In this document: piece after piece, positions 36,816-46,766 of the stretch
Numbering within the stretch: the first letter of the stretch is position 1
How the letters are laid out: the number at the start of each line of letters is the position of its first letter
NCBI GenBank assembly: GCA_039621445.1
Contig: CP154954.1
Span: 22,952,954 to 23,016,953 of the forward strand
Origin: Euglena gracilis
Taxonomy: Eukaryota
Length of the DNA stretch: 64,000 bases
Reading direction: 5' to 3'
Notes under the pieces: model-generated
Told to the model about the DNA's origin: nothing
What the model saw: the letters and a program-made list of their open reading frames with translations, nothing else
Databases searched by the model: none
Position numbers and translations under genes: made by a program

Positions 36816-39800
36816 AAACATCCCAGCTCGCCTCGCCTGTCCCAGTGTTTTTTTTAAACACCCGGCAGACCTGTAATTGCAAAAAAAAAAGTGTGTATTG
36901 GCTGGGCCAGCCCTCCAAAAATTGTTGAAGTGCGACGGGATAAAACAGCATGAATGCAACACAACCTCTGAAACCTACACAATCAAAAGAATATGTGATA
37001 TTCTACGTCCAACATGCACTGACGATGCATTTTCCCCTGCCGGAAGTCCCAAAGCCACCGACGGGCTAGTGACGACTCCGGCGTGCCCCTGCCGCGGACG
37101 CGAGGGACGGGGAGGTGGCCCGGGCATTCTTCGGGCCACGCTTCGTGCGGCTCTCGAATTACTACAGCATGCACCGGGCCGCATCTGAGCAGGGGGGGGG
37201 GAAAATTGATATCCGCAATTTTTCCGCAATTTCCGCAATTTTCCGCAATTTCCGCAATTTTCCGCAATTTTCCGCAATTTTTCCGCAATTTTTCCCATTT
37301 TTTTTTCCGCAGAATTTTTTTCCCACCACCGAAGATGGAAGATGCAATGAGTTCAAGCCATTCTTCAAATGGATCAACAGGTGTGCTATTGTGTTTTGTT
37401 GTTTTTTCCCCCCCAGTTTACCAATTTTTCTCACAGGTGCACCACTGGTTACAGAATTGGGTGCGTCCCACCTGTGCAAAGAACATCAAGCGTGTTGATT
37501 TGTGCTTGCCTGCATCGACGTGGGTGTTGCGGTGTTCTGAACCTCACAATTGAAAATTTTCTAAGTCCCCTCAGACAGAAATGTGTATACCCGATATCAA
37601 TTTTTCCGCAATTTTTCCGCAATTTCCGCAATTTTTCCGCAATTTTTCCGCAATTTTTCCGAAGGCCTCCGATATCAATTTTCCCCCCCCCCTGATCTGA
37701 GCCGCTGACCAAGGTGAAGCTGTTCCACTTCCGCGGTGTGTGCGTCCCCTGACGGCACATGAATTTCAGAAGCAAGTGCGGCATGCATTTGGGGTTCTGT
37801 GAGAGCAGGGCCAGCCTGCAAAATGGGTGTGACTGCATGGAACACCCGGCGCACATTTCCAGGGCTGGGTGCTTTGATTTTTGCTTTGCAATTTGCGATT
37901 TTCAATTTCAATTTGCAAAACAACGCCCAAACAAGTGTGTTCCAATTGTGGTCCAGATGAAGACGACGCCTCCCCTTCGCCATTGTTCTATCCATGCGCT
38001 CTACCATTCGGACTCTGAATTTTTGCGACCCAATTTTCTTTCCTTCCTCAGGAGTCAAGCCGTGGTTCGACAAGAGTAGGCCAGAGAACCTGCGGAAATC
38101 TGCATCTGGTGGAGGCCTGGGATTTTTTGTTGTGGTTGCCAGGGGGGGGATGGGCTGGCTTCAGCAAACCAGGTGGCTCATCGTTTCCTCCGCTGAAGTT
38201 CCTCCTCGAGAAAAAGAACGCTGCCTCCAGCGAGGCGCTTCCCCCAGGTCAGGAAGGATGACACAGTGCTGGGGAGAAAGAATCCCTGTGGGTGGCTTGG
38301 AGTTCGGTGCGGCATATCGGCTGTGGTGGGCCGGGGACGGCCCTTCTGACAGCCAACAAAATGAACAAAATGACCGTCGTTACGCTGCTGCTGCTGCTGC
38401 TGATGTGTTTGTTTGTTACATTGTGTCGGGCAGTATCTCGTGCTGCTGCATTGCGCTGTGCTGTGCACTGTGCTGTGCGGGTGCATTCACCTCGTGCGAA
38501 CCAAGTCCCAAGATGGATGGGGGTTTTTTTCAAGAGAGTGGTGGGTTTGGGCCACAGAACCCCCACCCCAGGGGTGGGGTGTGCCACAGGTACGCCCAAC
38601 TACGCCGGGTTTGCCTGGAGAATTTTCAAGGATTGGCTGGTTTCGGGTGGTTTTGGGCTGGGTGAGTGGGTGGACCCTCCCCCAGGACGGGAGGGAGGGT
38701 GGTTTTTCAAAAAGAAGAAGAAGAAGTGGACAGGTGGGCTTTTGCTTGAATAAAGTGCCCTCCCCTCTTGGATCTATGGGGGGGGATCAATGGTTTCCCT
38801 CCCCACAGCCAGCCAAACCACAGACCACCCCTCAATGCATGGGCCAGCCACCACCTGTTCGCCATTCTGCAATCTGCAAGGCACATTCTGCCAATTACGG
38901 AGATTTTTTAAGAATCCTGTGGGTTGTTGCACTGCGTTGCAAGGCGGCATGGAAGGTCCCACTCCTGGGGGGCTGTGGCAGAATGAGGGGATGCATTTTG
39001 AAACCGCTGGCCAAAGAAATCGATTTTGTTTAAGAGAAATCTTTTTGTGTCGATGGTGAGTCCCAGAACCAACACCAACACCGCTGACTGAGGCATGAAC
39101 AGGAAACCGGAAATCCTTTGGGTTGCGTCGAGGAAGAGGGTGCCCCCCGCCACGTCTCATTTTGCTGTGTTGCCAATTTGTCAGCTAAAGGTTCTTCAAC
39201 ACTTGTGGTGCCGAATGGTTTTTCGCTTGCGGAGTCAATGATAGGTGGGGGAGGGGGGGTCCCGACCACACCATTGCTCAAGTTGCATTCGAACCCACCC
39301 CCGGAGGATGACTGAATGGTTTTTTCGGTTGTGGCTCCAGACTCCCCGGGGGGGGGGGGTCGGCCAGGATTGCCCGAAAGTGGCTACCTGGCGCCTTCGC
39401 TTTCGGCGTGAAAAATTTGGTGTTTTTGGCCAAAACTCATTGATTCTGAGGCATTTTTGGCCGAGTGGTCAAAGTGACTGACCGCCCCCCCCCCGGAGTG
39501 GGGTAAACAGTGGGTGACCAGTTTTTAAAAAGTGACTGGTTTTTTTGAAAGTGGAAAGTGTCCCCCCTCCCCCCAGGGGGTCGGTAAGCAATGGCATGGT
39601 CCCCACCTCCCAGGGGGGCTTCCACCCACACCCACCAGGCCTCCTCGCAACAGGCGTCTGGCCCTGCTGGGGTGTGTGCCTGCTGCGGGGCTGCCCCGCT
39701 CAAGGGTCGGTGTGACGATGTCTGGCGGCGGTGCATTGCGCCGCGGCGTTCTCGGGGAGCGCCGGCCCCTTCCGGAGCACTACGAGCAGTTCCACCGCAT

Positions 39801-42628
39801 CGAGTACGGGCGGGGCCACGAGCCCGCCGAGGGGTGGGGCGCCGGGGCCGCCGTCGCGGGCCCAGGCGGCGGCATGGCGCGCCGCCGTCTGCCGGGGGCA
39901 CCCGGCCACCCACGTCTGGATGCTGCGGTACAGCGCCGGGACGTACGTGCAGCCCCTGCGGGCGGAGGTGCTGCGGCGGCTCAACGTGACGTACGCGGGG
40001 ATGGCCCTCCGCCCCGGGCCCGAAGGCGTGTGGCGCTGGGCCGGTGGCCCTCGCACGTTTGCCACCGAAGCCATATGGCCATGCCCTTTGGGGTTCCACT
40101 TTTCGGCAGGCGGGTGTTCTTGTTTTTTGCAACGTTGCCGGTGCATCAAATTGTGCCGCCAAACGAGAGGCAATTGATTCCAATCCTGCCAGACAAAATT
40201 TTGGTCAAGCAGCCCAAAGCTGAGTTTCGATTTCCACCGTCCAAATTTTGATGCAGGTGATGCAGTCAGTAGATCATGCTCATGGGTCTCCATTCAACAT
40301 CCATGTCAATGATCACAGAAGCGACATGCCCAGTTTTAACAGCTTTCTTGGGTTTGTTCTGATTTTTTTTAAGGTCGAAGTGCTTTCACCTTTGTTCGCT
40401 TCCACGGGAATTTCTTTTTCAATTTTCATTGTTTCTGAAAATCAGTTTGTTTTGTCCCAGAAAAAATACCACCAACGTAAAAGTCGACAATCACAACATT
40501 AATTTGTAGGCAATGTTCGTGAAATTCTTACAACCAAAAAAATTTTGTAGCAGCGGCACCAGCTCTTGGGGCCCCTTCACTCTTTGCATTGGGCTGCTTC
40601 CAAAAGCAGATGAGTTTCAATGAGGATATTGGGGTATCGGTGGTTTGCCATCATTTGCAATGCTCTCCGTGTGCCTCTTCCTTCCCTCCCTTTCTGGATG
40701 TTTTGTCTGTGTCGTGGTGTGTGCATGTGTGTGTGTGTGTGTGTATGTGTTGATGAATGGACCTCATCGCCCTGAGGTCGGTGGGGTCCCCCCTGCCTGG
40801 GAAGCCCCCCCCACCTGCCCGTCTCAGGTCATTCTTGTACCAGTGTCTGCGGCCGTTTCAATGAGTCATGCACTGACCGAGGGGAGATGCCCTGAATTTG
40901 AATTTGATGTGCACAATTACTTCTTGCAAAAAAAGCCCTGCAAGTGACAGTAGCAAGAGGAACGACTTCACATCATCTTTGCTCTGTGTTTTCTCACATG
41001 TTGTTTTTTATCTGCAGATGTGTTTTGCCATCTGCCTGCTTTTTTGGCGATGGTGCCCCGATACATGCTTGGGAAGAAGGCTCAATTTGGACCCAAAATT
41101 GACCATTGACCACAACTTCCCCATTTGACCCAAAATGGGGCCACCACATTGTCACTGAAGGGTCGCACGGACTGAGAATCCTTGTCAATCCGTACTGACA
41201 CACTGCCACAGCTCCAGCCCCCCCCCCCCCAACGCGCAACCCCGAGACACACTGGTCGGTGGCCCCTCCCTCCCCGGCTGCTGACGCTGACCCCCGTCAA
41301 CTCCTGCGCGGCACTGAGCCAGGCCCAGAGGATTTCTCAGGCCGGAGAGGACCCCCCTCCCCCCAAGGGGCTCCAGCCGGCCAGGGGTTGTTTCTTCCCA
41401 GCCAGGCTGCCAAGTCCAGTGGCACTAAACCACCCCCCCCCCGCACCTCCATCCACCTCCGTCCAACCAGTTGCTGTTTCATTCTCCATGGGTTGTCAAG
41501 GAACCCCCTGCCTTGGCTTTCCAGACAGCGTGCTCTGAATGCATCGTTGACCGCTCCAGCGCAATGCCCAGGGGCAGACGTCCGCCGCAAGGCACTGGTT
41601 GCAGGAATTACAAACAGTTCACCATTATATTTCTTCAATTCTTTTTTTGAAAGCCCCACAGTGACCTCCTGGTGTCCTGTAACCCCCCTCCCCCATGTGA
41701 GCAACCCCCTCTTGCAGCAACCCCCAAATATGCGCAACCCCCAAATATAATCAACCTCTGACTGAATGATATGAAGGAATTTGCATTAAAACGGTATAAA
41801 AACGGCAGATATCAGCTTATTCTAAATATGGCCAACCCCAAATACACCCAAAACCTTAAAAAATGGGGGTTGAGTAAACCCCCCCAAATAACACCCCCCC
41901 CCAGTGGGTTATTTGGGCACCCGAACTGAGGCCCCAGGGGGATGTCATTTGGGGGGGGGGGTTATTTTTGCATGGAAAGCCAAACGAAAACAGGGGGGGT
42001 GTTATTTGGGTGCTCGAAATCGGCCCTCGAGGGGGGGGGGGTGTTATTTTGGGGGGGGTTGGGGGGGTGTTATTTGGGGGGGGGTTAGTTTTTTCCGATG
42101 TTCTTTTTTTCCCGACCACCCCACCTGGGTTGGAGGCCTCCCAGTCACAGGGGTTGCCCTCTGGGGGTCCAGGACCCCTGAAATTTTCCTTCCCCGGCAC
42201 TTCGTGTTGGGAAGTGAAGTTTTGAATACATTTTTGCCAATTTCTTTTAAAAGTGCGCAAGAACGTGATTTTGAGGGTTTATGCCCGAAAAAAGTTTTCT
42301 GCCATTTTTGCGCCGAGTTTTCTCGTGACCAATGTCCCCCCTCCAAAGCCCCCTCCTTCCAAGAAATTTTGCACCTGCCTGCATCTGACCAGAGGGCCCA
42401 GCCAATCCCCTCCAATATCCCCAGGTGGTGACACAACAAGGTGATTGCGGCTGATAAACAAGGGTTGTATGTGGTTGATCCACCTCTGCCTCACCGACCC
42501 CGTGGATCCAGCCCAAATCCTCCCAGTGCTTCATCAACTTCTTATACAACCCAGCGACCATGCCAACGTGCCGCGCCAGCGATCCAGGAGCTCGCAGATT
42601 ATGCGCCTGTTCACCAACAACGGGTTGA
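33607..42628 (+). CDS. Glycosyltransferase family 8 (glycogenin-like) protein with Cys-rich C-terminal domain; start not identified
   Basis: Exons ~33607-33674, 33884-33980, 34664-34737, 35162-35225, 36017-36164, 36543-36658, 37097-37186, 37699-37735, 38052-38113, 38294-38329, 39775-39830, 39871-40025, 40828-40878, 41276-41322, 41516-41566, 42494-42628. GT8 motifs in order: YAFVSVISNEKYVDGAIVLAVSL, TFDKLYLWNLTEY, DxD (FFDADML), YFQTGMM, HFRGVKPW, LWWEHY. Confidence 0.85.
33884..33980 (+). CDS. GT8 exon (KYAFVSVISNEKYVDGAIVLAVSLL)
   Basis: Glycogenin-type N-terminal motif, AG/GT boundaries. Confidence 0.85.
34664..34737 (+). CDS. GT8 exon (EGLCELVLLCPPTLHPESQRRLRAA)
   Basis: ctgcag acceptor; matches the glycogenin beta2-helix pattern. 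Confidence 0.75.
35162..35225 (+). CDS. GT8 exon (GYRHLRSVPSLAPLVPESRWR)
   Basis: Flanked by two non-conventional introns; in phase. Confidence 0.7.
36017..36164 (+). CDS. GT8 catalytic exon with DxD motif
   Basis: DTFDKLYLWNLTEYAMVAFFDADML. Confidence 0.9.
36543..36658 (+). CDS. GT8 exon (NKKYFQTGMMTILPHRDMFDAL...)
   Basis: ccacag acceptor; equivalent of the FNSG motif. Confidence 0.8.
37097..37186 (+). CDS. GT8 exon (DARDGEVARAFFGPRFVRLSNYYSMHRAAS)
   Basis: Equivalent of the DQG.LN..F...L...YN region. Confidence 0.75.
37190..37694. mobile_element. MITE that constitutes a GT8 intron
   Basis: Perfect 24-bp TIR CA(G)10AAAATTGATATC, flanking ATCTGAG duplication, subterminal CCGCAATTTTT arrays. 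Confidence 0.9.
37699..37735 (+). CDS. GT8 exon (EPLTKVKLFHFR)
   Basis: First half of the HF.G..KPW motif, GTGTGT donor. Confidence 0.8.
38052..38113 (+). CDS. GT8 exon (GVKPWFDKSRPENLRK...)
   Basis: KPW motif after an ttcctcag acceptor; 3' end uncertain. Confidence 0.65.
39775..40025 (+). CDS. GT8 exons EHYEQFHRIEYG and AWRAAVCRGHPATHVWMLRY...PGPEG, split by a ~40-nt intron
   Basis: Two GC3-rich segments in different frames. Confidence 0.65.
40828..42628 (+). CDS. GT8 C-terminal Cys-rich domain exons (40828-40878, 41276-41322, 41516-41566, 42494-42628)
   Basis: SCTSVC..FNESC / VNSCAAL / CSEC / CFIN / TCRASDPGARRLCAC then TGA. Confidence 0.7.
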
Positions 42629-45207
42629 TGACAACAGCCTTTGATGTGGTCAGGAACCTGTGCACGTCAACGTGAGGTTTTGCAAAAAAAAAAAACGTCC
42701 GAGGTGCCCTGACCGACCAATGAGGAAGTGGGGGGAAACATAAACACATTTTGCACCATTTTTATGCATTTTTAGGGGGGAATGGTTTTCTTGCGTTGTC
42801 ACCTGGACATTTTGTTGCTTTTTTGGGTGTTTTTTGAAGGAAAAAAAACTGTTTCGTCAAAAAAAAACCGATTTTTTTTGCAACGAAAGTCACGGGGACA
42901 GGGACAGGCGGGGAAAAAACACAAAGCACTCTGGAAGGCTGAAAAAAATAAATGTCCAAAAGCTATAAAAAAAAAGACACCAGGTGCCCCTCAAAGGATT
43001 AGCCTGGCGTTGCTTTTTTGAAATTTTCTTTCGTTCCAAAAAAATAATCCTCCCTGGCACCCGACCTCGTTCAGGAGGCCATTCGGCGCGCCGCGGAATT
43101 TTTGGCACAATTTTGAGGGGGGATTTTGCAACCATTTCTCAACCTTTCCCTTGCTGCGCCCCTTGAACACTTAAAGAAAGACAGCGGCCGTCACCTTCTT
43201 ACGCTGCAATCGCACCAAGGGTTTCAAATTAAGAACTCAAAAGTTTCAGCCACTTTGCATGGGTCGAAAATTGCTGCATCATATTCCCCCGCCCCCTAGT
43301 CCTTTTCGGGGGAGGGGCAAACCCCCTCCAGTCTAAGACAGGGGTGGGACACCCTACTGCAAAATTTCGTGGCCCGGCGCCTCCCCCCAAAAAATCGGCC
43401 ACTTTTTTTGGGGAAAACAACGTTTTTTTTCCCCAAAAATGCCGGGAGGGGGGCAGCCGGGCCTTTTTCAAGACGCCCCGTGCACCCTTTTGGTTGGTCA
43501 GGACCCCGCCTTGAGCCTTGGCGGTGGTGGGCCGAAACGCTCCGGCCCAGCCCAAGGACGGGGGGAGGACGACCAAACCATGGATTCAGTGACCCACTGG
43601 AGTTGGCTTGCCTCCTTGCTTCGGGGGGAACGACACAAACAATACCCTCAGCTCGCAACCAAAAATGCGGCCGACAGCGTCCCGGCCCAACCGTCCTCAA
43701 AACCCCCACGCACACACTAAGCGAGTCTAAGCACACCGGTTTTTTGTCGAAGTATGCGGCCGTTTTTTTTTGGGGCACCGCGGCTTTTAAAAAAAGTTCT
43801 GACCTCAAAAAACTGTGATCTTTTTCCCTGTTCTGAAACAATCGTTGGATGAGAGAGCCAGCGGACAACAGCCAGGTGGCGCACAGACTGAAGGCAAAGG
43901 CTCTTAAGTCTGTGAGCGGAACCTTTGCTAAATGAACTTCGGCACAAGACGACAAATGCGGCGATTTCTGCGCATATTACTTCCAGTCTCTAAAGAATGG
44001 TAAAAAAAAATGATCCCAAATGACAGAAAATGTGTGCCAAACCCCTCCCCTTTTCTGTTCCCCTTCACTTCACCCAGCAGCACTGGTGGAAACCTTTGTG
44101 ACCAAAGGGAGAAAATGGATTTTGTTTTGGGTTGGTTTTGTTGCTCTGGTTCCTGTAAAGCTCCAAACCAACGCCAAATGGATGTTTTCGAGGTGCAACT
44201 CTGTATTTTTGACGTTTCAGCAAACCTTTTCGGCCTGACCCAGTTGTTTAGGTCATGGTCGACGGGAAAAGTACCACAACCCCCTCATTTGACCCCTTAA
44301 GTGAGCAATTGGGTCTGGGTTTCGTCCTCTCTTAATTTCTGACTCCCCCCCAAACAGGGGGGGTAGGAGCCCCGAAAAATTGCCTGATTTGAGAAAAGAA
44401 TGAAAAAGCTGTGCACTGTCGTTGAACCGCGTTTTCAATAACATAATTTTCAATCCCCCAGATGAATCCCTTTTGAACGGAAACTTTGCCCAAATACTGA
44501 AAAGAGTGGAAACACCATCCTTGGTCCAGAGATGACAGGGAGGCCCCCCACATTTATCAGATTCTCCCAAATCATAAAAATGCACCTTCAAATTTGAGCA
44601 AAAACTTTTTTCTCACTGTTTCACATTCCAGGTTTTTTTTTAACTAGAGGTAATTGCTTGAAAGTGGTGTTCTGCAGTGTGTTAAGATGTTTTGCCCCTA
44701 CTTTAGCACCCTGTGGCCCATGAGTCTATGGTTTTTACCTTTTGTGCATTTTTTTTTGCTTTTGCAATGTTCACCTCGAAAAATGAACAGAAATGTATGG
44801 AAATTATTTCATTCCATTTTTTTTTCTAATTTCATCCCTTGAGTGAATTAATATCCTATTAAGGTGGGGTTCAGGAACATTGAAAAAAACCACCAGCAGT
44901 GTCACTTACCATCCCCCCCCCCTTTATGTACCTCCCCCCGGGAGGCCAAAACCGGGCAGGAGGTACATAATGGGGGGGAGGTACACAATGGGGGGGGGGG
45001 CAAGTTTTTCTTTGGCGGGACATGGGAGAAGGTGGTGCTACCCCCCCCCCATTATGTACCTCCCCCCCCAGGGGGTACACAATGGGGGGGGGGCATGGTA
45101 CAACAAATGTTGGTACAACAAATGTTCGAAACCCAGGAAATGCGGTTCACAAGGAGCAAAGAAATGGGGAATTGGAGGGAGAAGAAATGGCAAACGTTTT
45201 TGAAAGT

Positions 45208-45499
45208 CTATGCAAAGGAAGCAGTCCTCGCATTCTGAATGATTTGAAGGAGTGCTGAAGAAATACAAAGACAACATGATCACAGGACGGAATTGAACCT
45301 GAACCAAGTACAACAAAAAGGAGGACGCCAAGGACAACAGGACCAACAGCGACCTTATCAGCCTTTTTCTTATCCTCTGGGTGAACTTTCTTTCCGATTT
45401 GGCCGTTGTATTTATCAGACCTCTTGGAAATTGTCCTTGGTTTACCAGGCTGAAAGTCAAAATATTGGTTGGCGCATGGAAACAGGACGCCCACACCAT
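45208..45499 (-). CDS. SERP1: Stress-associated ER protein / ribosome-associated membrane protein 4 (RAMP4/SERP1), 66 aa
   Basis: Exons 45497-45499 (ATG), 45299-45449, 45208-45254 with 47- and 44-nt GT-AG introns give MPGKPRTISKRSDKYNGQIGKKVHPEDKKKADKVAVGPVVLGVLLFVVLGSALLQIIQNARTASFA*, carrying the VGP..L....FVV.GSA..QII tail-anchor signature. Confidence 0.92.
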
Positions 45500-45554
45500 T
45501 TCTGTTCAAATTGCGTCGATCCTAATTCATTACGCTAATTCATCACACCAGCCC

Positions 45555-45579
45555 CTTTCTGAGTGTCTATTTTTTTTCG
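45555..45579 (+). other. Genomic copy of the euglenid spliced-leader exon at the 5' end of a retrotransposon
   Basis: CTTTCTGAGTGTCTATTTTTTTTCG matches nt 2-26 of the Euglena gracilis SL as recalled; not followed by a GT SL-intron; 14 nt before the ORF1 ATG. Confidence 0.88.
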
Positions 45580-45593
45580 TCTGCATAACCACC

Positions 45594-46766
45594 ATGGCTG
45601 CAAAGGGGCCGGATGGCCCTCCAGAAGACCCCAAGACTCAAGACAATACACCCCTTGTCAATCAAGCTGCTACCACAACCAACCCTTCAAGTACACCTAC
45701 TGCTGCAGTGGACACTGGACAGTTGGAGCTGCTGGCCAAGATGTTGTTGCCGCTGTTGGTGCCGGTGCTAACCACTGCTGTGGCACAACGACTCACTGCT
45801 GACCGCCCTGTACATAGTGACAGAGAAAGTCAAGACAGCAGCTCACAGAGAAGGAAGAGGACTTGGCAAGAGAGGGAAGAGCATGAAGAGTACCTACAGA
45901 GAAGGTTTGGAAGAGATTACAAGCCCCCATGGCAGAGAGGTCGACCCAGTTATCATATATCTCAACAGAGTTCTCCTCAGCCCCAGCTCCACCAGCAAGT
46001 GAGTCTGGGGCCCCCCTGTACAGCAAGCCCAGCAGTGGGCATTCCACAGTCAGGCCCATCAGTGGGCATTCCAATGAACAGCCCATTCCAATGCCCACCA
46101 GTGGGTAGAAGTCAAGTATGTCCATCTGTCACATCAATCATACAAATGTACATTCCATCACAGACCAACCTTTGGGGTGAACCCCAGCAATCTCAGCAAC
46201 CACTGCAATCAAACTGGAGCAGAGAAGATGACCAGAGGAAGAATTGGACCAGAGAAGAAGAGCAGAGAAGGAGAGAGGCTGAACTCTTCAGAAGCCTCAG
46301 AGCCTTTCTCAGCACAGGCCAGAGTACTCAAGTCCCCCCCCTCCCAACACCATTACACAACCCTGGCCTGCCAGCACCCTTAATCCCAGATGTGGTACTG
46401 GCATCACCATCAGCCTTCCAATGTGCTTTTCTGCCTGCAGCTTTCCCTTTTGTCTCACAAAGTCCCCCCCAAAGAGGGGACAACTCAACACAATACTTTC
46501 ACCCAGTAAAACAAATGGATCAAGAATTTCATCCCAAGGCAACTCCAAATCAAAATGAGTTGGCAAAACAACCCCCCCCCCCAACCCAAAAGAGGAGGAT
46601 CATCAACCCCAGCCAAATGCAACTCCAAAAAATCTCAGCACCAGCCCCCCAATATCAGCCCCCCCTGCAAGAGGGGGGGGGCCAGGCACACCCTTTCGCA
46701 TTTTTAAAATTCCAACAAAACCCACCATGTTTGATGGCACACAGTGGGCCAAACTGGGCACAGTGA
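45594..46766 (+). CDS. Retrotransposon ORF1 (Pro/Gln/Ser-rich, function unknown)
   Basis: First ATG after the SL copy (accaccATGg), 390 codons, overlaps ORF2 in the -1 frame. Confidence 0.7.
   Translation: MAAKGPDGPPEDPKTQDNTPLVNQAATTTNPSSTPTAAVDTGQLELLAKMLLPLLVPVLTTAVAQRLTADRPVHSDRESQDSSSQRRKRTWQEREEHEEYLQRRFGRDYKPPWQRGRPSYHISQQSSPQPQLHQQVSLGPPCTASPAVGIPQSGPSVGIPMNSPFQCPPVGRSQVCPSVTSIIQMYIPSQTNLWGEPQQSQQPLQSNWSREDDQRKNWTREEEQRRREAELFRSLRAFLSTGQSTQVPPLPTPLHNPGLPAPLIPDVVLASPSAFQCAFLPAAFPFVSQSPPQRGDNSTQYFHPVKQMDQEFHPKATPNQNELAKQPPPPTQKRRIINPSQMQLQKISAPAPQYQPPLQEGGGQAHPFAFLKFQQNPPCLMAHSGPNWAQ

Noticed and set aside
38590-38608. Alternative GT8 exon YAQLRR via a GT-AG intron
   Set aside because: The LWW|EHYEQF join fits the GT8 WWxxY pattern and the pairing register better
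45381-45593. N-terminal extension of ORF1 from the ORF track (GTG start at 45381)
   Set aside because: Antisense to RAMP4 and upstream of the SL-defined 5' end
45555-45700. Functional SL-RNA gene
   Set aside because: No GT donor or SL intron follows; the sequence runs directly into retroelement ORF1
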